The translations under genes and the position numbers were made by a program. 64,000 bases of DNA. Origin: a virus. The notes under the pieces were generated by a model that did not search any database, was not told the DNA's origin, and saw only the letters and a list, made by a program, of their open reading frames with translations. Shown piece by piece: positions 30,369-40,864 of the stretch. Position 1 is the stretch's first letter. The number at the start of each line of letters is the position of its first letter. The stretch is from IMG/VR virus record IMGVR_UViG_3300028535_000001; one strand, 5' to 3'.

Positions 30369-33053
30369 TTATATGTCTGTTTGGTCAAATTTATCAGTAT
30401 TACTATCCCATTTATTTATACCACCACTAAACGATTCATCTCCTGCCCAATACCTATCGTATTGGTCCCATGTTTCATTTCTGCTATCAAATGTATTAGT
30501 ATTACCACTAAACGATTTTTCTCCTGGGAATGTAATATCTGCTGGAAAAGTGAAGTTGGTCTTTAACATAAAACCATTATCATCTTCATTTACATTAGTA
30601 CCACTTATCATATTAAGTAGAGCTGTTGTACCATCTAAACTTGATCTAGTACCAATAACCTTTAATTCGTTTAATCTATCAAAAGTAATACCAGTTGTAC
30701 CATTAATACCAGTTGATCTATTACCTGTAACACCGTATGCTGTATTAGCCCACTTGTTTATTGAAGCAAATCTAGGACCACAATATGCAAATCCTTGATT
30801 TATATTTTTGTTCGTTCCAACTTTTCTTCTTAATCTTAAATTTAATTTAACACCTATAGGCGCTCTTGTTAAAGTCACAGCTCTAGTTGTAGAAGGAAAA
30901 TATGGATTTATTACTTCTGTAGAAGCAATCCATGGATCTTCTCTTAAACTTGTTCCATCATCTATTGTTCCTAATCTTCTACCAAATACAGTAGAAAATA
31001 TTAATTTCATCATTGAAATTATTGGTTCGCCAATTGTACCAGTGTTAAGAGCTTCTGCTATGCTAACTTGCATATTAATTCTACTCTCTAAATCAACTTG
31101 ACCTGTAAAATAAAAACCTGCTGTATGCATTGTTTTTTTAAATGCGTCTCTCCATAAATTAATTGAGTTACCTACTTTTAATACATAAGAATAATCTTGA
31201 TAGTATTTACTATCTTGGACTTTCATAGTATTTTCAGAAAGGTATCCTTTTTCATTTAAGAAAGTACCATCTGTATCTACTACAGCAGCGACATCTACAT
31301 TTATTGTAGTTAAATCTAAATATTTTAAAGTACCATCACCTCCTCCAGTTGATACTGTTTCATTTAATTGAAAAGTACCTGATACATTTTTTAATTTTAA
31401 TATATTTCTATCTGAATCCCAATCTGTTATTAATCCTGTTGCACCTGAAGAAGCACCTGTTAAAGTTAATCCGGTTCCAAAACTTCCTGTAACACCTATC
31501 AAAAATAAATTATTTACAAAAGATAATGTTGGAGGTGTAGGAGAATTTTGATATTTAATACCTAAATTTGTTGTTGTTATTCCTAAAACTTTTCCTACTT
31601 CTGTACCATAAGATAATAAGTTTGCATTTGCACCAGCTGAAGATGTTACCGTAACTGTTGGTAAAGTTTTATATCCGTCACCACCATTATATAAGTAAAC
31701 GTCTGTAATATCTCCTGTACCTGTATCTGATTCAAAAACAATTTTATCTCCTGTAAGATGATCTCCTGAAGTTGTCTGATCTTCTAATACTACATGATCT
31801 GTATCTTCATGTGCTACAGCACCATTAACAACAGTAACTACACCTTTAGCACCTGATCCAAATGTTCCTGTATTTACAAAACTTAATTCATCTCCAATTT
31901 CATAACCAGAACCCCCGGCGTCAACAATAACTTCCGTTAATTTACCAGAACCAACATCACTAACTTGAAAAGCAGCTTGTTCTCCACCACCTGTGACTGT
32001 TATAATATCGTCTGTAGTATATAAATTACCGTCATTAGTAATTGTTTTTGTTCCTGGTATTCCTGAAATATTTGCTAAAATATAATAATCGTCTGTATCA
32101 GTTGCTGTACCTTGTATTTCTTCATCTACTTGAAAAGTACCTATGATAGTATCTTTGTTTATAGTAACTTCAGAAACTTCACTAGCACCAATATGAAATT
32201 TAGTAACATGTTCTATTATTGCTGTTGCTTTAGAAGTATTACCTGTAATTTTTCTTCCAACTAAAGATGAAGTATTACCTTGTGTAGCTATTACTCTTAA
32301 AACTGTTTTAGTATCCCATTTACCGTCAGATACTTTCATCAAGTTTTCTCTAGGATAAAATGTTTCAGAGCTATCGTTAAATAATATTCTAAAAAATAAT
32401 TCGTGACCTTTTTGTGTGCCTTTTAGTTTATATAACGATTTAATATTTTTTATTAAATTTCTTTTGTTTAATCCTGAAGCTAAATTTTCTGGTATAGTTT
32501 GAAAGAACTCGTCCCTAAAACTATCTAAAAAATTTGAAATAACTTTATCAGGATCCCTAAAGTTTGTTAATTGTTGAATTGTATTAACTGGATTAGGTCT
32601 ATATAAATTAACAACAGCTGACGCATTAGAAATTGTACCAACAACTATTTCACCAATTATAAATTTATCTTGTGATGATATGAATAATCTATTATTATCT
32701 AAATCTTCCGTTAATACTGTAGCTGTTGCTTTAGAAGTTTGTCCTGTTATAGTTTCTTTAAATGTAAATTTACCATATGTACTATCTTCTAATATAATTT
32801 TATCATCTAAATCTAATTGTGTATGTTCAGCACCAAGTGATCCACCATCTAATACTAAATTGTTAGCAACGCCTGTTTGATTTTCTAAAGTTATTCCGTC
32901 TGTAGTTTGAATAGAAGTTACCTGTAATTCGGCAGCCTCCATAAATTGAAAATAAGTTTTTAAGAACTCTACAAATTTTGGGTGATCGTCAACTACGAAA
33001 TCCGGTAGTTGAGTCGGTATTAAGTTGGAAATTTTATTATCAAATTTCGCCAT
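30369..33053 (-). CDS. gp7: Baseplate wedge initiator gp7-like
   Basis: QLPDFV..DHPKFVEFLKTYF, LYKLKGT, QDSKYYQDYSYVLK; follows gp6. Confidence 0.78.
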   Translation of the reverse strand: MAKFDNKISNLIPTQLPDFVVDDHPKFVEFLKTYFQFMEAAELQVTSIQTTDGITLENQTGVANNLVLDGGSLGAEHTQLDLDDKIILEDSTYGKFTFKETITGQTSKATATVLTEDLDNNRLFISSQDKFIIGEIVVGTISNASAVVNLYRPNPVNTIQQLTNFRDPDKVISNFLDSFRDEFFQTIPENLASGLNKRNLIKNIKSLYKLKGTQKGHELFFRILFNDSSETFYPRENLMKVSDGKWDTKTVLRVIATQGNTSSLVGRKITGNTSKATAIIEHVTKFHIGASEVSEVTINKDTIIGTFQVDEEIQGTATDTDDYYILANISGIPGTKTITNDGNLYTTDDIITVTGGGEQAAFQVSDVGSGKLTEVIVDAGGSGYEIGDELSFVNTGTFGSGAKGVVTVVNGAVAHEDTDHVVLEDQTTSGDHLTGDKIVFESDTGTGDITDVYLYNGGDGYKTLPTVTVTSSAGANANLLSYGTEVGKVLGITTTNLGIKYQNSPTPPTLSFVNNLFLIGVTGSFGTGLTLTGASSGATGLITDWDSDRNILKLKNVSGTFQLNETVSTGGGDGTLKYLDLTTINVDVAAVVDTDGTFLNEKGYLSENTMKVQDSKYYQDYSYVLKVGNSINLWRDAFKKTMHTAGFYFTGQVDLESRINMQVSIAEALNTGTIGEPIISMMKLIFSTVFGRRLGTIDDGTSLREDPWIASTEVINPYFPSTTRAVTLTRAPIGVKLNLRLRRKVGTNKNINQGFAYCGPRFASINKWANTAYGVTGNRSTGINGTTGITFDRLNELKVIGTRSSLDGTTALLNMISGTNVNEDDNGFMLKTNFTFPADITFPGEKSFSGNTNTFDSRNETWDQYDRYWAGDESFSGGINKWDSNTDKFDQTDI

Positions 33054-33059
33054 TGTTTA

Positions 33060-34901
33060 TTAATGACTTGTTGTAGTTGTATAGCCTACGCCAGCTTCAG
33101 ATGAACCACCTACAAAAGTATCTTCCTCTACAGTTATGTTTGAATTTGAAACATCTATCTCTACAACTTGGTTTCTAACTGGAACTATATCATTTGATTT
33201 TGGCGTAGCTGTTAATTCAATAACATTAGAAACAACACCTCTAATATTTAATATTGAAGCTACGTTTAATGAATTTAAAGTTACCTGACCTGTTTCATAA
33301 TTAATAGTACCTTGTGTTGAGTTAGCATATGTTTTAACACCACTTACTAGATAATATCTTCTAACATTACCTTTACTATCATCATCTAAAAACATTTCAT
33401 TATTACTACCTGAAACTTTAAATCCTGTTGATGTTAAAACTGATGGATGACTATCATGTGGATCCCATATTGAATTTCTAAAATATATATCATATTTTGT
33501 TGAAGACGATATAGTTGGTGTAAAATTTTTTCTCATTTTAATAGTTGTTATATTTGATAAAATACTTGTATCAACATCATCTATTAAACCTGTTAATTTA
33601 GAAAATCTGAATACACCATCAAATTTTTGTAAAGTAGAACTATTATAATTTGTAATAGCTGTAATTATTTCTGATTTTAATGTATCATCGGATTTACTAG
33701 TACCTTTTTTATCGTACTTAGCAGTAGTAGTTAATAAAATTGATGTTATTTCTGGATCAATAATTTCTGGTCTAACAGCCGCTACATTATAAGGTATTAA
33801 ATCTTTTACAATAGAAGCTTTTGTTGCCTCGGTTAAAGTTGAACCTGAAGCTGCTTTTATAGAAATTTTTACTACACCATAAACTGGTGTTTCATCATCT
33901 TCTCCACCCCATGCACTAACTGATAATGTATTAGGATAAATTGATCTTACTATTGTTTCGTAATCTGTTGCTGTGACAGCTCTATCTTGTGCTGTATATT
34001 GTAGAGGTGCATTAAATCTAATAGACTCTTTTTCTTCTTCGTCTGATCCGCCTTGAGCATTTGATTTAGTAGTTATAGTTACATTTGAAAATGCTCCAAT
34101 ACTGGAACCTAATTCAAATTTACTAGCGCCATTAGCTTCTTCTTGATTTGTAACAATATATTCTAAAATAACTATGTTACCATCTTCTAATTTATTTCCT
34201 ATAACACCATCACCAAAGTAAACTTCAAATTTACCTGTATCTGTTTCTTGTAAGAAGTAAATTTTAGATGTATTATTTAAATTTCTTAAACCTGTAGCTA
34301 ATGTGTAAGTATTTAATGTTGAATCTGATACAGAGTTTTGAATTGTTACTTTTAAAGTAGAAGTATCAGCGTCTATATTTCTTATCATAAATCTTTGATC
34401 TGAATCAGAGCTATCAACTGTATATTTGAAAGTAACTAAAGTACCTTCGTATAATTTAACATTTGAAAACTTATAAACACCGTTTAAAGGTGTGATTGTA
34501 ATATCTTCGTTAGTAAGAAAGTTATATCCTGTTCCATCTACTGTAGTTGTAAACGTTGTTCCTTTATTCATTAATATACTTGAGCCTGAAGCGTTGTTAA
34601 CTAAAATATCAATTTCAGCCATTGGCGCTCTAACAGATGATGGAGTATAACCGATTGCTTTTGCTAATGATACTATATTTTTTCTTATGTCAGCAGAATC
34701 TAAATAAGATTCATTTACAAACATATTGGCATTGAAACCAAGATAGTGTGTATTGTAAGCTAACGTATCTAAAAGAACGGCAAAGCCTGATCCTTCAAAA
34801 TTATAGTCTGAAAATTCTGGTTGATTTTGTAAAAATGTTTTTAAGTTTGCTTTGACGTTATCAAAATCAAAATCTGATACTACGAGTTTATTACTTGCCA
34901 T
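33060..34901 (-). CDS. gp6: Baseplate wedge subunit gp6
   Basis: DFDNVKANLK...DYNFEGS...LAYNTHY; FGDGVIG; QDRAVTATDY. Confidence 0.93.
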   Translation of the reverse strand: MASNKLVVSDFDFDNVKANLKTFLQNQPEFSDYNFEGSGFAVLLDTLAYNTHYLGFNANMFVNESYLDSADIRKNIVSLAKAIGYTPSSVRAPMAEIDILVNNASGSSILMNKGTTFTTTVDGTGYNFLTNEDITITPLNGVYKFSNVKLYEGTLVTFKYTVDSSDSDQRFMIRNIDADTSTLKVTIQNSVSDSTLNTYTLATGLRNLNNTSKIYFLQETDTGKFEVYFGDGVIGNKLEDGNIVILEYIVTNQEEANGASKFELGSSIGAFSNVTITTKSNAQGGSDEEEKESIRFNAPLQYTAQDRAVTATDYETIVRSIYPNTLSVSAWGGEDDETPVYGVVKISIKAASGSTLTEATKASIVKDLIPYNVAAVRPEIIDPEITSILLTTTAKYDKKGTSKSDDTLKSEIITAITNYNSSTLQKFDGVFRFSKLTGLIDDVDTSILSNITTIKMRKNFTPTISSSTKYDIYFRNSIWDPHDSHPSVLTSTGFKVSGSNNEMFLDDDSKGNVRRYYLVSGVKTYANSTQGTINYETGQVTLNSLNVASILNIRGVVSNVIELTATPKSNDIVPVRNQVVEIDVSNSNITVEEDTFVGGSSEAGVGYTTTTSH

Positions 34902-35326
34902 TATCTTAATCTTTCTAAAAATGTTTCTATTGTTACCGGCTCTGTTGTACCTATAACATAAAACATTATTGTTAAGTGATAACTATTTCTATCAAGGTCT
35001 GGTCTAGCTAAAATTTGTACTAATTTAATTCTAGGCTCAAAATTATCAAGAACTTCGTTAACCTTTCTTTGTAAATTAAGCGCTGTAAGAGGTGTCATTG
35101 GTTCAAATAACATACTTCTAACATCACTGCCAATTTCTGGATGAAAAGGTCTCTCAAAGTGAGAAGTTTGTATTAAATTTCTAACACTTCGTTTAACAGC
35201 CTCTACATCGGTCAATTTGTTTACATCATTAGTAACAGGATTACGACCAAAATTCAAATCCAAGTCTTTATAGATTCTATTTGCTCTTTTGCTATTGTTT
35301 GTATTGCTACTATCAAAGTTTGGCAT
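34901..35326 (-). CDS. gp25: Baseplate wedge subunit gp25
   Basis: YKDLDL, AVKRSVRNL, ERPFHPEIGS, NFEPRI. Confidence 0.92.
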   Translation of the reverse strand: MPNFDSSNTNNSKRANRIYKDLDLNFGRNPVTNDVNKLTDVEAVKRSVRNLIQTSHFERPFHPEIGSDVRSMLFEPMTPLTALNLQRKVNEVLDNFEPRIKLVQILARPDLDRNSYHLTIMFYVIGTTEPVTIETFLERLR

Positions 35327-35331
35327 GCTTA

Positions 35332-35339
35332 TATTTATA
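35332..35339 (-). promoter_or_regulatory. Late promoter TATAAATA
   Basis: Exact consensus, 5 nt before the gp25 ATG. Confidence 0.75.
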
Positions 35340-35352
35340 CGACAATTGGTAA

Positions 35353-35652
35353 TTAACCGCTAAAAACATTTGATGATCCTGCAGTCATAGCTCCTGCGTC
35401 TGTACTATCGCCAATTCTTGCTACTGCTAAGCTATGTACTCTAACAGTTGAAGAGCCAACGTTAACAACTTTAACATGATTCGGGCAAGGAGGTATTGGA
35501 GGCGCTGGGTGAGGTACAGTTGGATCGGTAACTCTAGCAATTAGAATACTATTTGCTCTACAAGTACCTTGTCCTGGTGTATCAAGTATAGTTGAACCTA
35601 CACAAGCATGTCCTGTACTTAAAGCGTCGCCTTTTCTACTAACTGCTGGCAT
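35353..35652 (-). CDS. PAAR spike-tip protein (gp5.4-like)
   Basis: MPAVSRKGD..TGHAC...H...ARIGD...GSSNVF. Confidence 0.9.
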   Translation of the reverse strand: MPAVSRKGDALSTGHACVGSTILDTPGQGTCRANSILIARVTDPTVPHPAPPIPPCPNHVKVVNVGSSTVRVHSLAVARIGDSTDAGAMTAGSSNVFSG

Positions 35653-35861
35653 TATCTTCCTATTTTGTCTTTTCTACCTAATGGTAATATTTGCCATTTG
35701 GTCATTTCCAGACCTTTTTTACTTACCCATTCAACGTATACCATTTTTTGTTTAACTTGATTTTGAAAAGATTTAACTGCTTTCTTAAATGAAGTTGATT
35801 CTATTATTTTTTCGCCTTTTTCATCATCTATAAATTTAAATTCTCGCATTTTACTCATCAT
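35652..35861 (-). CDS. Hypothetical protein
   Basis: 69-aa ORF coupled to the PAAR gene. Confidence 0.6.
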   Translation of the reverse strand: MMSKMREFKFIDDEKGEKIIESTSFKKAVKSFQNQVKQKMVYVEWVSKKGLEMTKWQILPLGRKDKIGR

Positions 35862-36000
35862 TTTCCTCTATTTCTATATTTTCTTCAATTCTATTATATT
35901 GACAAACGACAATTTCGTAAATTCTGCCATTTTCGTCTATTTCCGTTCTTTTTAGAACATCTTCGTGAGATTTATTTCCACAATTCATACAATAAATCAT
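35851..36000 (-). CDS. Small CxxC-containing protein (49 aa, not in ORF track)
   Basis: MIYCMNCGNKSH...EIVVCQYNR. Confidence 0.55.
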   Translation of the reverse strand: MIYCMNCGNKSHEDVLKRTEIDENGRIYEIVVCQYNRIEENIEIEENDE

Positions 36001-36014
36001 AATATTATTTAGGT

Positions 36015-36203
36015 TTAAAAATTACAGCGAATATGAGTATAAAGATCATTTCCGGATAAATTTTTTGCATATTTTTTTACTGATTCTGTATCAAAATCAA
36101 AAAATCTGCAATTTTCAACATTTTTTGAGCAAGAAACTAGAACAAAAAGCGAACAGGCTAAAAAAAGCGCCATTTTACGTATATTTTTTGTATTTTTGAG
36201 CAT
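36015..36203 (-). CDS. Putative small lipoprotein
   Basis: Basic N-terminus, hydrophobic stretch and LVSC lipobox; start uncertain (36203 or 36173). Confidence 0.4.
   Translation of the reverse strand: MLKNTKNIRKMALFLACSLFVLVSCSKNVENCRFFDFDTESVKKYAKNLSGNDLYTHIRCNF
36140..36154. promoter_or_regulatory. Alphaproteobacterial LexA-type box GAAC-N7-GAAC
   Basis: GAAC AAAAAGC GAAC about 55 bp upstream of a sigma70 promoter. Confidence 0.55.
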
Positions 36204-36210
36204 TTTTTTG

Positions 36211-36239
36211 TTGACTTTTCTATATTTATCTGGTATAGT
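36211..36239 (+). promoter_or_regulatory. Sigma70-type early promoter
   Basis: TTGACT-17bp-TATAGT with extended TG. Confidence 0.8.
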
Positions 36240-36249
36240 GGACCAATAA

Positions 36250-36459
36250 ATGAAAATAATAAAGGAAAACACTATGAATACTTTTTTTAGTATTACAACT
36301 ATACTTTCTGCTATAATGGCAGTTGGTTTCATTGAAGATTGTGGTGGTCATTGTTTAGGAAACGATAACTGGCCAATGTTCTTTGTAATGTTTGGAATTA
36401 TGTTAATTTCAGGCATATTAACATTATACACTATGGAGGGAAATAATGACAATTGTTAA
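36250..36459 (+). CDS. Small two-TM membrane protein
   Basis: Two hydrophobic segments around EDCGGHC; probable start at MNTFF. Confidence 0.6.
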   Translation: MKIIKENTMNTFFSITTILSAIMAVGFIEDCGGHCLGNDNWPMFFVMFGIMLISGILTLYTMEGNNDNC

Positions 36460-36829
36460 TTTAAAAGCAACTTCTTTAGATGAAGGAGTTAAAAATATGA
36501 TGAATGGTGCCAAGGCAGATTATGTTTCTTGGACTACCGACAAAAATGGTAACGTTTCTGACTACTCAAAAGAAGAAATCGCAAATTGGGATAATAAAAC
36601 AACAGTAAAAAAAGGTCAAAAGTACATTAAGATCGTACATGACAGAGGTGTTTTTGCATTTATCGTAATAAATGATTTTAAACACTTTAAAAAAGGCGAT
36701 ATATTAAAAGCGGCTGGTTATAATGCACCTGCTTTAAATTCTCCTAGAGGAAATGTACTAAATGGCAATTACCATATCAAATGGACTGGTCCTTTGTATA
36801 TGGATTCACAAAGAAGATTAAGAGGATAA
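36446..36829 (+). CDS. Conserved phage early hypothetical protein
   Basis: KYIKI...KGDILKAAGYNAPA..RGNV motif; GGAGG RBS. Confidence 0.7.
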   Translation: MTIVNLKATSLDEGVKNMMNGAKADYVSWTTDKNGNVSDYSKEEIANWDNKTTVKKGQKYIKIVHDRGVFAFIVINDFKHFKKGDILKAAGYNAPALNSPRGNVLNGNYHIKWTGPLYMDSQRRLRG

Positions 36830-36830
36830 T

Positions 36831-37124
36831 ATGAATAGACGTGATAGAGTTTTTAGAAATATAGTAAACCCATTATTACTTAAACATATGTTAGACCCAT
36901 TTAAATATCAAGGGTCTTGTATAGCTGCTGGTATACCAATTAAGTATTTAAAATACTTTAAAGAAATTACTAGAGCTAAAAACGCCAAGAAAGTTAGATA
37001 TAGATATAGAGGTTGTTCAAAACCAAATTACAAAAGACCTCAATCTTTTTGTCATATTTTTGGTGCTGATACATTTAGTTTATATTATAGAAATCCAAAC
37101 AATAACTATTTTAGATATAATTAA
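36831..37124 (+). CDS. Basic hypothetical protein
   Basis: RYRYRG...RPQS...ADTFSLY. Confidence 0.6.
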   Translation: MNRRDRVFRNIVNPLLLKHMLDPFKYQGSCIAAGIPIKYLKYFKEITRAKNAKKVRYRYRGCSKPNYKRPQSFCHIFGADTFSLYYRNPNNNYFRYN

Positions 37125-37531
37125 CTATCTATAATACGTTTTCTTAAATCGGTGGTGGAGAACCTATGTTCTCTTTTATTGTAAACAATCTTTATGTGTT
37201 TCTTAACACATATCTCTTTACCAGTAAAATTCTTACCTTGATATTCTTCACCTATAATTCTAACTGATATATTATACATTTGGAATATATCTTCTAAATC
37301 TTTTTCTGTTTCGTATGGTATAACTTCATCTACATATTTTATAGCATTAAGTTGTATACTTCTCTCTACCAATGTTTGTATTGGTTTTTTCTTTTCTTTT
37401 GGTCTATCTATAGTTGGATCAGTTTGTAATCCAACAATCAAGTAATCGCATTCTTCTTTAGCGTCTTTTAACATCTGTACATGACCAGCATGTAACAAAT
37501 CAAAAGCACTACACGTAAATCCTACTTTCAT
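37121..37531 (-). CDS. Cytidylyltransferase (TagD-like)
   Basis: FDLLHAGH, LIVGLQTD, FSTTDLR. Confidence 0.9.
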   Translation of the reverse strand: MKVGFTCSAFDLLHAGHVQMLKDAKEECDYLIVGLQTDPTIDRPKEKKKPIQTLVERSIQLNAIKYVDEVIPYETEKDLEDIFQMYNISVRIIGEEYQGKNFTGKEICVKKHIKIVYNKREHRFSTTDLRKRIIDS

Positions 37532-38490
37532 ATTTTATCCTTTTCTTGCACTCTTTGACTATTAAATCCGTACAACTTTATATAGTTTGCAAGCCATTCA
37601 TGTCCTTTTTTATTTGGGTGTGTATTAGCTTTACTAATAACATAATCATAATTAACTAAATCTTTTGGAGCTATTTTATATAATGTTCTTCCATCGTCCT
37701 CCACATTTAATAACTTCATATCTGTATCTTTGTCGTGTACTCTTTCCTCGGATACGGAGTTCTTCTGCCGTTCTTCATAAGTACTATTAGCAGGATTAAA
37801 GGTAGAATTAGGTATATTATTGGCTAATCTATTTTCCACTCCCCAATTTTTATGTATTTGTACATCACCAAGAACAAAACCACCACATTCGTCAATGATA
37901 GGCCAACCAATAAAGTTTTTCATTTTATGGAAGTATGGTGATGTTTTAATTACATCACAACAACTATTATATATCTTTCTAAATGGTATACCATTATCTT
38001 TATATTCTACTTCATATAGATGATCTATAAATAAAGAAATCATTTGAAAATGTCTATATGGTATTCTATTATTTTCCATTAATGTTTGAAAGGCATACAT
38101 GTATCTTAATGAATCTAATATCCAAAAATGTACATGACCGTATAAATTAGGTTTACTATCATCCCAATTTAAAGAAATTTTTTGCCAATTTGCTCTTTGA
38201 CTTTTTGACCAGGCTGCAATACATAAACCAATTTCTTTTGGATCATGTGACACCACGTAATCTTGTATTGTTGAGAATATTCCTTGTTGACCAAAACCAC
38301 ACTTTGCTAAACAAACTAATTCCATATCTAATTTTTTTGCTAGTAGTTGTGCCCAATTAGGAAAATTCTTTATAGTAATTATATCACCATCATACCTTTG
38401 CCCTGGTACAACACCTTTTGGTGAATTTATTAAATTAACATATTCAATATCTGACCAACTACAACCACCAATTACTAATTTCTTTTTCAT
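37528..38490 (-). CDS. SGNH-like protein, paralogue of 7879..8679
   Basis: GGCSWS, MELVCLAK.G.G, IAAWS, THPNKKGH. Confidence 0.7.
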   Translation of the reverse strand: MKKKLVIGGCSWSDIEYVNLINSPKGVVPGQRYDGDIITIKNFPNWAQLLAKKLDMELVCLAKCGFGQQGIFSTIQDYVVSHDPKEIGLCIAAWSKSQRANWQKISLNWDDSKPNLYGHVHFWILDSLRYMYAFQTLMENNRIPYRHFQMISLFIDHLYEVEYKDNGIPFRKIYNSCCDVIKTSPYFHKMKNFIGWPIIDECGGFVLGDVQIHKNWGVENRLANNIPNSTFNPANSTYEERQKNSVSEERVHDKDTDMKLLNVEDDGRTLYKIAPKDLVNYDYVISKANTHPNKKGHEWLANYIKLYGFNSQRVQEKDKI

Positions 38491-38501
38491 TTTACCTTTT
38501 A

Positions 38502-39935
38502 CTATCCAACTGATCCTTCCATACTAACTTCTAATAGTTTATGTGCCTCTACTGCAAATTCCATAGGTAGTTTTTGAAATACATCTTTGCAAAAACCTGA
38601 TATAAGCAAGTTTCTAGCGTCTTCATCTTTTAGTCCACGTTGTCTTACATAAAATAGTTGTTCTTCATCTAGTTTAGATGTAGTTGCTTCGTGATTACAA
38701 TGGCTTGTTGAATTTTTATTTTCAATATATGGTACTGTATGAGCAGAACAATGGCTACCTAGTATTAATGAATCGCATTGTGTAAAGTTTTTTGAACTAC
38801 TTGCATTTTTCAAAATCTTTACTAAACCTCTGTACGTATTTGATGAATGTCCTGCAGATATTCCTTTTGATATAATTATACTTTTAGTATTTTTACCCAT
38901 GTGAATCATTTTAGTACCTGTGTCAGCCTGTTGTTTTCCATTTGTTAATGCAACTGAATAAAATTCTCCTACTGAATTATCACCCATTAATAAACAAGAT
39001 GGATACTTCCAAGTTATAGCAGAACCAGTTTCAAATTGTGTCCAAGAGATTTTTGAATTACGTCCTTTGCACTTGCCACGTTTAGTAACAAAATTGTATA
39101 TACCGCCTTTACCTGTAATAGGATCTCCTGGGTACCAGTTTTGTATTGTTGAATATTTTATTTCTGCGTCATCTAGTGCTACAAGTTCTACGTTAGCAGC
39201 GTGTAGTTGATTCTCATCCCTCATTGGTGCTGTACAACCTTCAAGGTAACTTACATAACTGCCTTTGTCTGCTATAATTAAAGTTCTTTCAAACTGTCCT
39301 GTGTTAGCCGCATTGATTCTAAAATATGTACTTAACTCCATTGGACATCTTATTCCTGGTGGCACATATACAAATGAACCATCTGTAAATACAGCAGAAT
39401 TTAAAGCGGCAAATGAATGATCACTTATAGGTATAACTGATCCTAAATATTTTTTTACAAGATCAGGATGTTCTTGTACTGCGTCTGAAAATGAACAAAA
39501 TATAATTCCTTTTTTTGATAATTCTTCTTTAAATGTAGTAGCAACGGATACAGAATCAAATACAGCGTCAACGGCCACTCCTGCTAGTTTGGCTCTTTCA
39601 GTTAATGGTATTCCTAATCTTTCAAAATCTTTTTTAATTTCTGGATCAACATCATCATATGATTTAGGACCTACTTTTGGTGCTGAGTAGTATGATATTG
39701 CTTGATAGTCTATAGGCTTAATATTAAGATTTGCCCAATCGGGTTGTTTTAAAATTTTCCATCTACGGTATGCTTTTAATCTAAATTCAAGTAACCATTT
39801 AGGTTCTTTTTTAATTTTTGAAATTTGTTTTATTGTGTTTTCGTTAAGGCCTGGTGGTAATGTTACTGATTCAACGTTTGTTGTAAACCCAGCATCATAT
39901 TTTTTGTTAATTTTTTCTTGTAGTATGTTATCCAT
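38502..39935 (-). CDS. sufB: Fe-S cluster assembly scaffold SufB
   Basis: [53 protein letters not shown]. Confidence 0.97.
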   Translation of the reverse strand: MDNILQEKINKKYDAGFTTNVESVTLPPGLNENTIKQISKIKKEPKWLLEFRLKAYRRWKILKQPDWANLNIKPIDYQAISYYSAPKVGPKSYDDVDPEIKKDFERLGIPLTERAKLAGVAVDAVFDSVSVATTFKEELSKKGIIFCSFSDAVQEHPDLVKKYLGSVIPISDHSFAALNSAVFTDGSFVYVPPGIRCPMELSTYFRINAANTGQFERTLIIADKGSYVSYLEGCTAPMRDENQLHAANVELVALDDAEIKYSTIQNWYPGDPITGKGGIYNFVTKRGKCKGRNSKISWTQFETGSAITWKYPSCLLMGDNSVGEFYSVALTNGKQQADTGTKMIHMGKNTKSIIISKGISAGHSSNTYRGLVKILKNASSSKNFTQCDSLILGSHCSAHTVPYIENKNSTSHCNHEATTSKLDEEQLFYVRQRGLKDEDARNLLISGFCKDVFQKLPMEFAVEAHKLLEVSMEGSVG

Positions 39936-39937
39936 TT

Positions 39938-40384
39938 CTAATCCTTTATCATCTTACGAAATGGAATCATTGTTGAAGGATTAAAGTTATGTCGTTTATA
40001 AAATGTTTGTGCTTGTACATTTGTTTTATCTGTAAGTAAAGTAATTCGTTTACATCCTTTTTTAGTTCCATATTCTATAGCATAATCTAATAACTTTGAA
40101 CCAACACCTGAATCTCTATAATCAGGAGACACAATCATATCTTCAAGTATAGCAACTCGTTCACCTAATGCTGTTGATACTGTATATAAAAGTAAAACCA
40201 TTCCAATTATATCTTCATCTTTTTTTGCAACAAAAATATTACCAATATTGTTATTGTTGAGTATCATTTCTAAACCACGACTTTGTGTTTTATAATTAGG
40301 TTTAAACTCAACTTCTTTTTCAAATAGATAGTTAAGAAGAATACATAACTCTGGAATATCTTTAGTGGTTGCTATCTGTATCAT
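39938..40384 (-). CDS. GNAT acetyltransferase
   Basis: [20 protein letters not shown]...AQTFYKR. Confidence 0.88.
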   Translation of the reverse strand: MIQIATTKDIPELCILLNYLFEKEVEFKPNYKTQSRGLEMILNNNNIGNIFVAKKDEDIIGMVLLLYTVSTALGERVAILEDMIVSPDYRDSGVGSKLLDYAIEYGTKKGCKRITLLTDKTNVQAQTFYKRHNFNPSTMIPFRKMIKD

Positions 40385-40514
40385 TTTCAACTTTTTCATC
40401 AATATCTTTTTTCTTTTTCTTCCAAGGTTTAAGGTCTAACAAGACATAAAATATAACTCCACCACATAGACAGATAAACAAAAAACCTAATATTACTTTT
40501 AATATTGTTATCAT
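40362..40514 (-). CDS. Single-TM 50-aa protein (not in ORF track)
   Basis: MITILKVILGFLFICLCGGVIFYVLLDLKPWKK...; ATGA overlap. Confidence 0.55.
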   Translation of the reverse strand: MITILKVILGFLFICLCGGVIFYVLLDLKPWKKKKKDIDEKVENDTDSNH

Positions 40515-40864
40515 TTTTTAAACATTTCATCTAATCTACTATAGAAACTTTCTTTACTAGAATAGCCTACTAATCTTGCAACTTCTTTTCTACCATTCCA
40601 TATAATAAAAGTTGGTGTTCCTCTAATACCTTTAATTCTATTTTCGTTCATTGCCATTATAAACCAAAAAGGTTCTTCATTATGTTCTATAATAGTAAGT
40701 GGTAATTCTTTATTTTTAGAACCATATGAATAGCTAAAGTCTTCGGCGACTTGTTTAATAAATGCTTGACAAATATGACAATGCTTGTTTGAATACATTA
40801 ACAAGTCTAATGCTTGTATTGTTGTAGCATAAAACATTGCTAAAAGAAATATTAATATTTTCAT
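40511..40864 (-). CDS. Exported thioredoxin-like protein (SoxS-like)
   Basis: Signal peptide, CHIC, GTPTF, E..RLVGY. Confidence 0.8.
   Translation of the reverse strand: MKILIFLLAMFYATTIQALDLLMYSNKHCHICQAFIKQVAEDFSYSYGSKNKELPLTIIEHNEEPFWFIMAMNENRIKGIRGTPTFIIWNGRKEVARLVGYSSKESFYSRLDEMFKK

Noticed and set aside
30381-30527. DGR template/variable repeat
   Set aside because: Differences are not adenine-restricted, both copies are in-frame coding, and no reverse transcriptase is seen.
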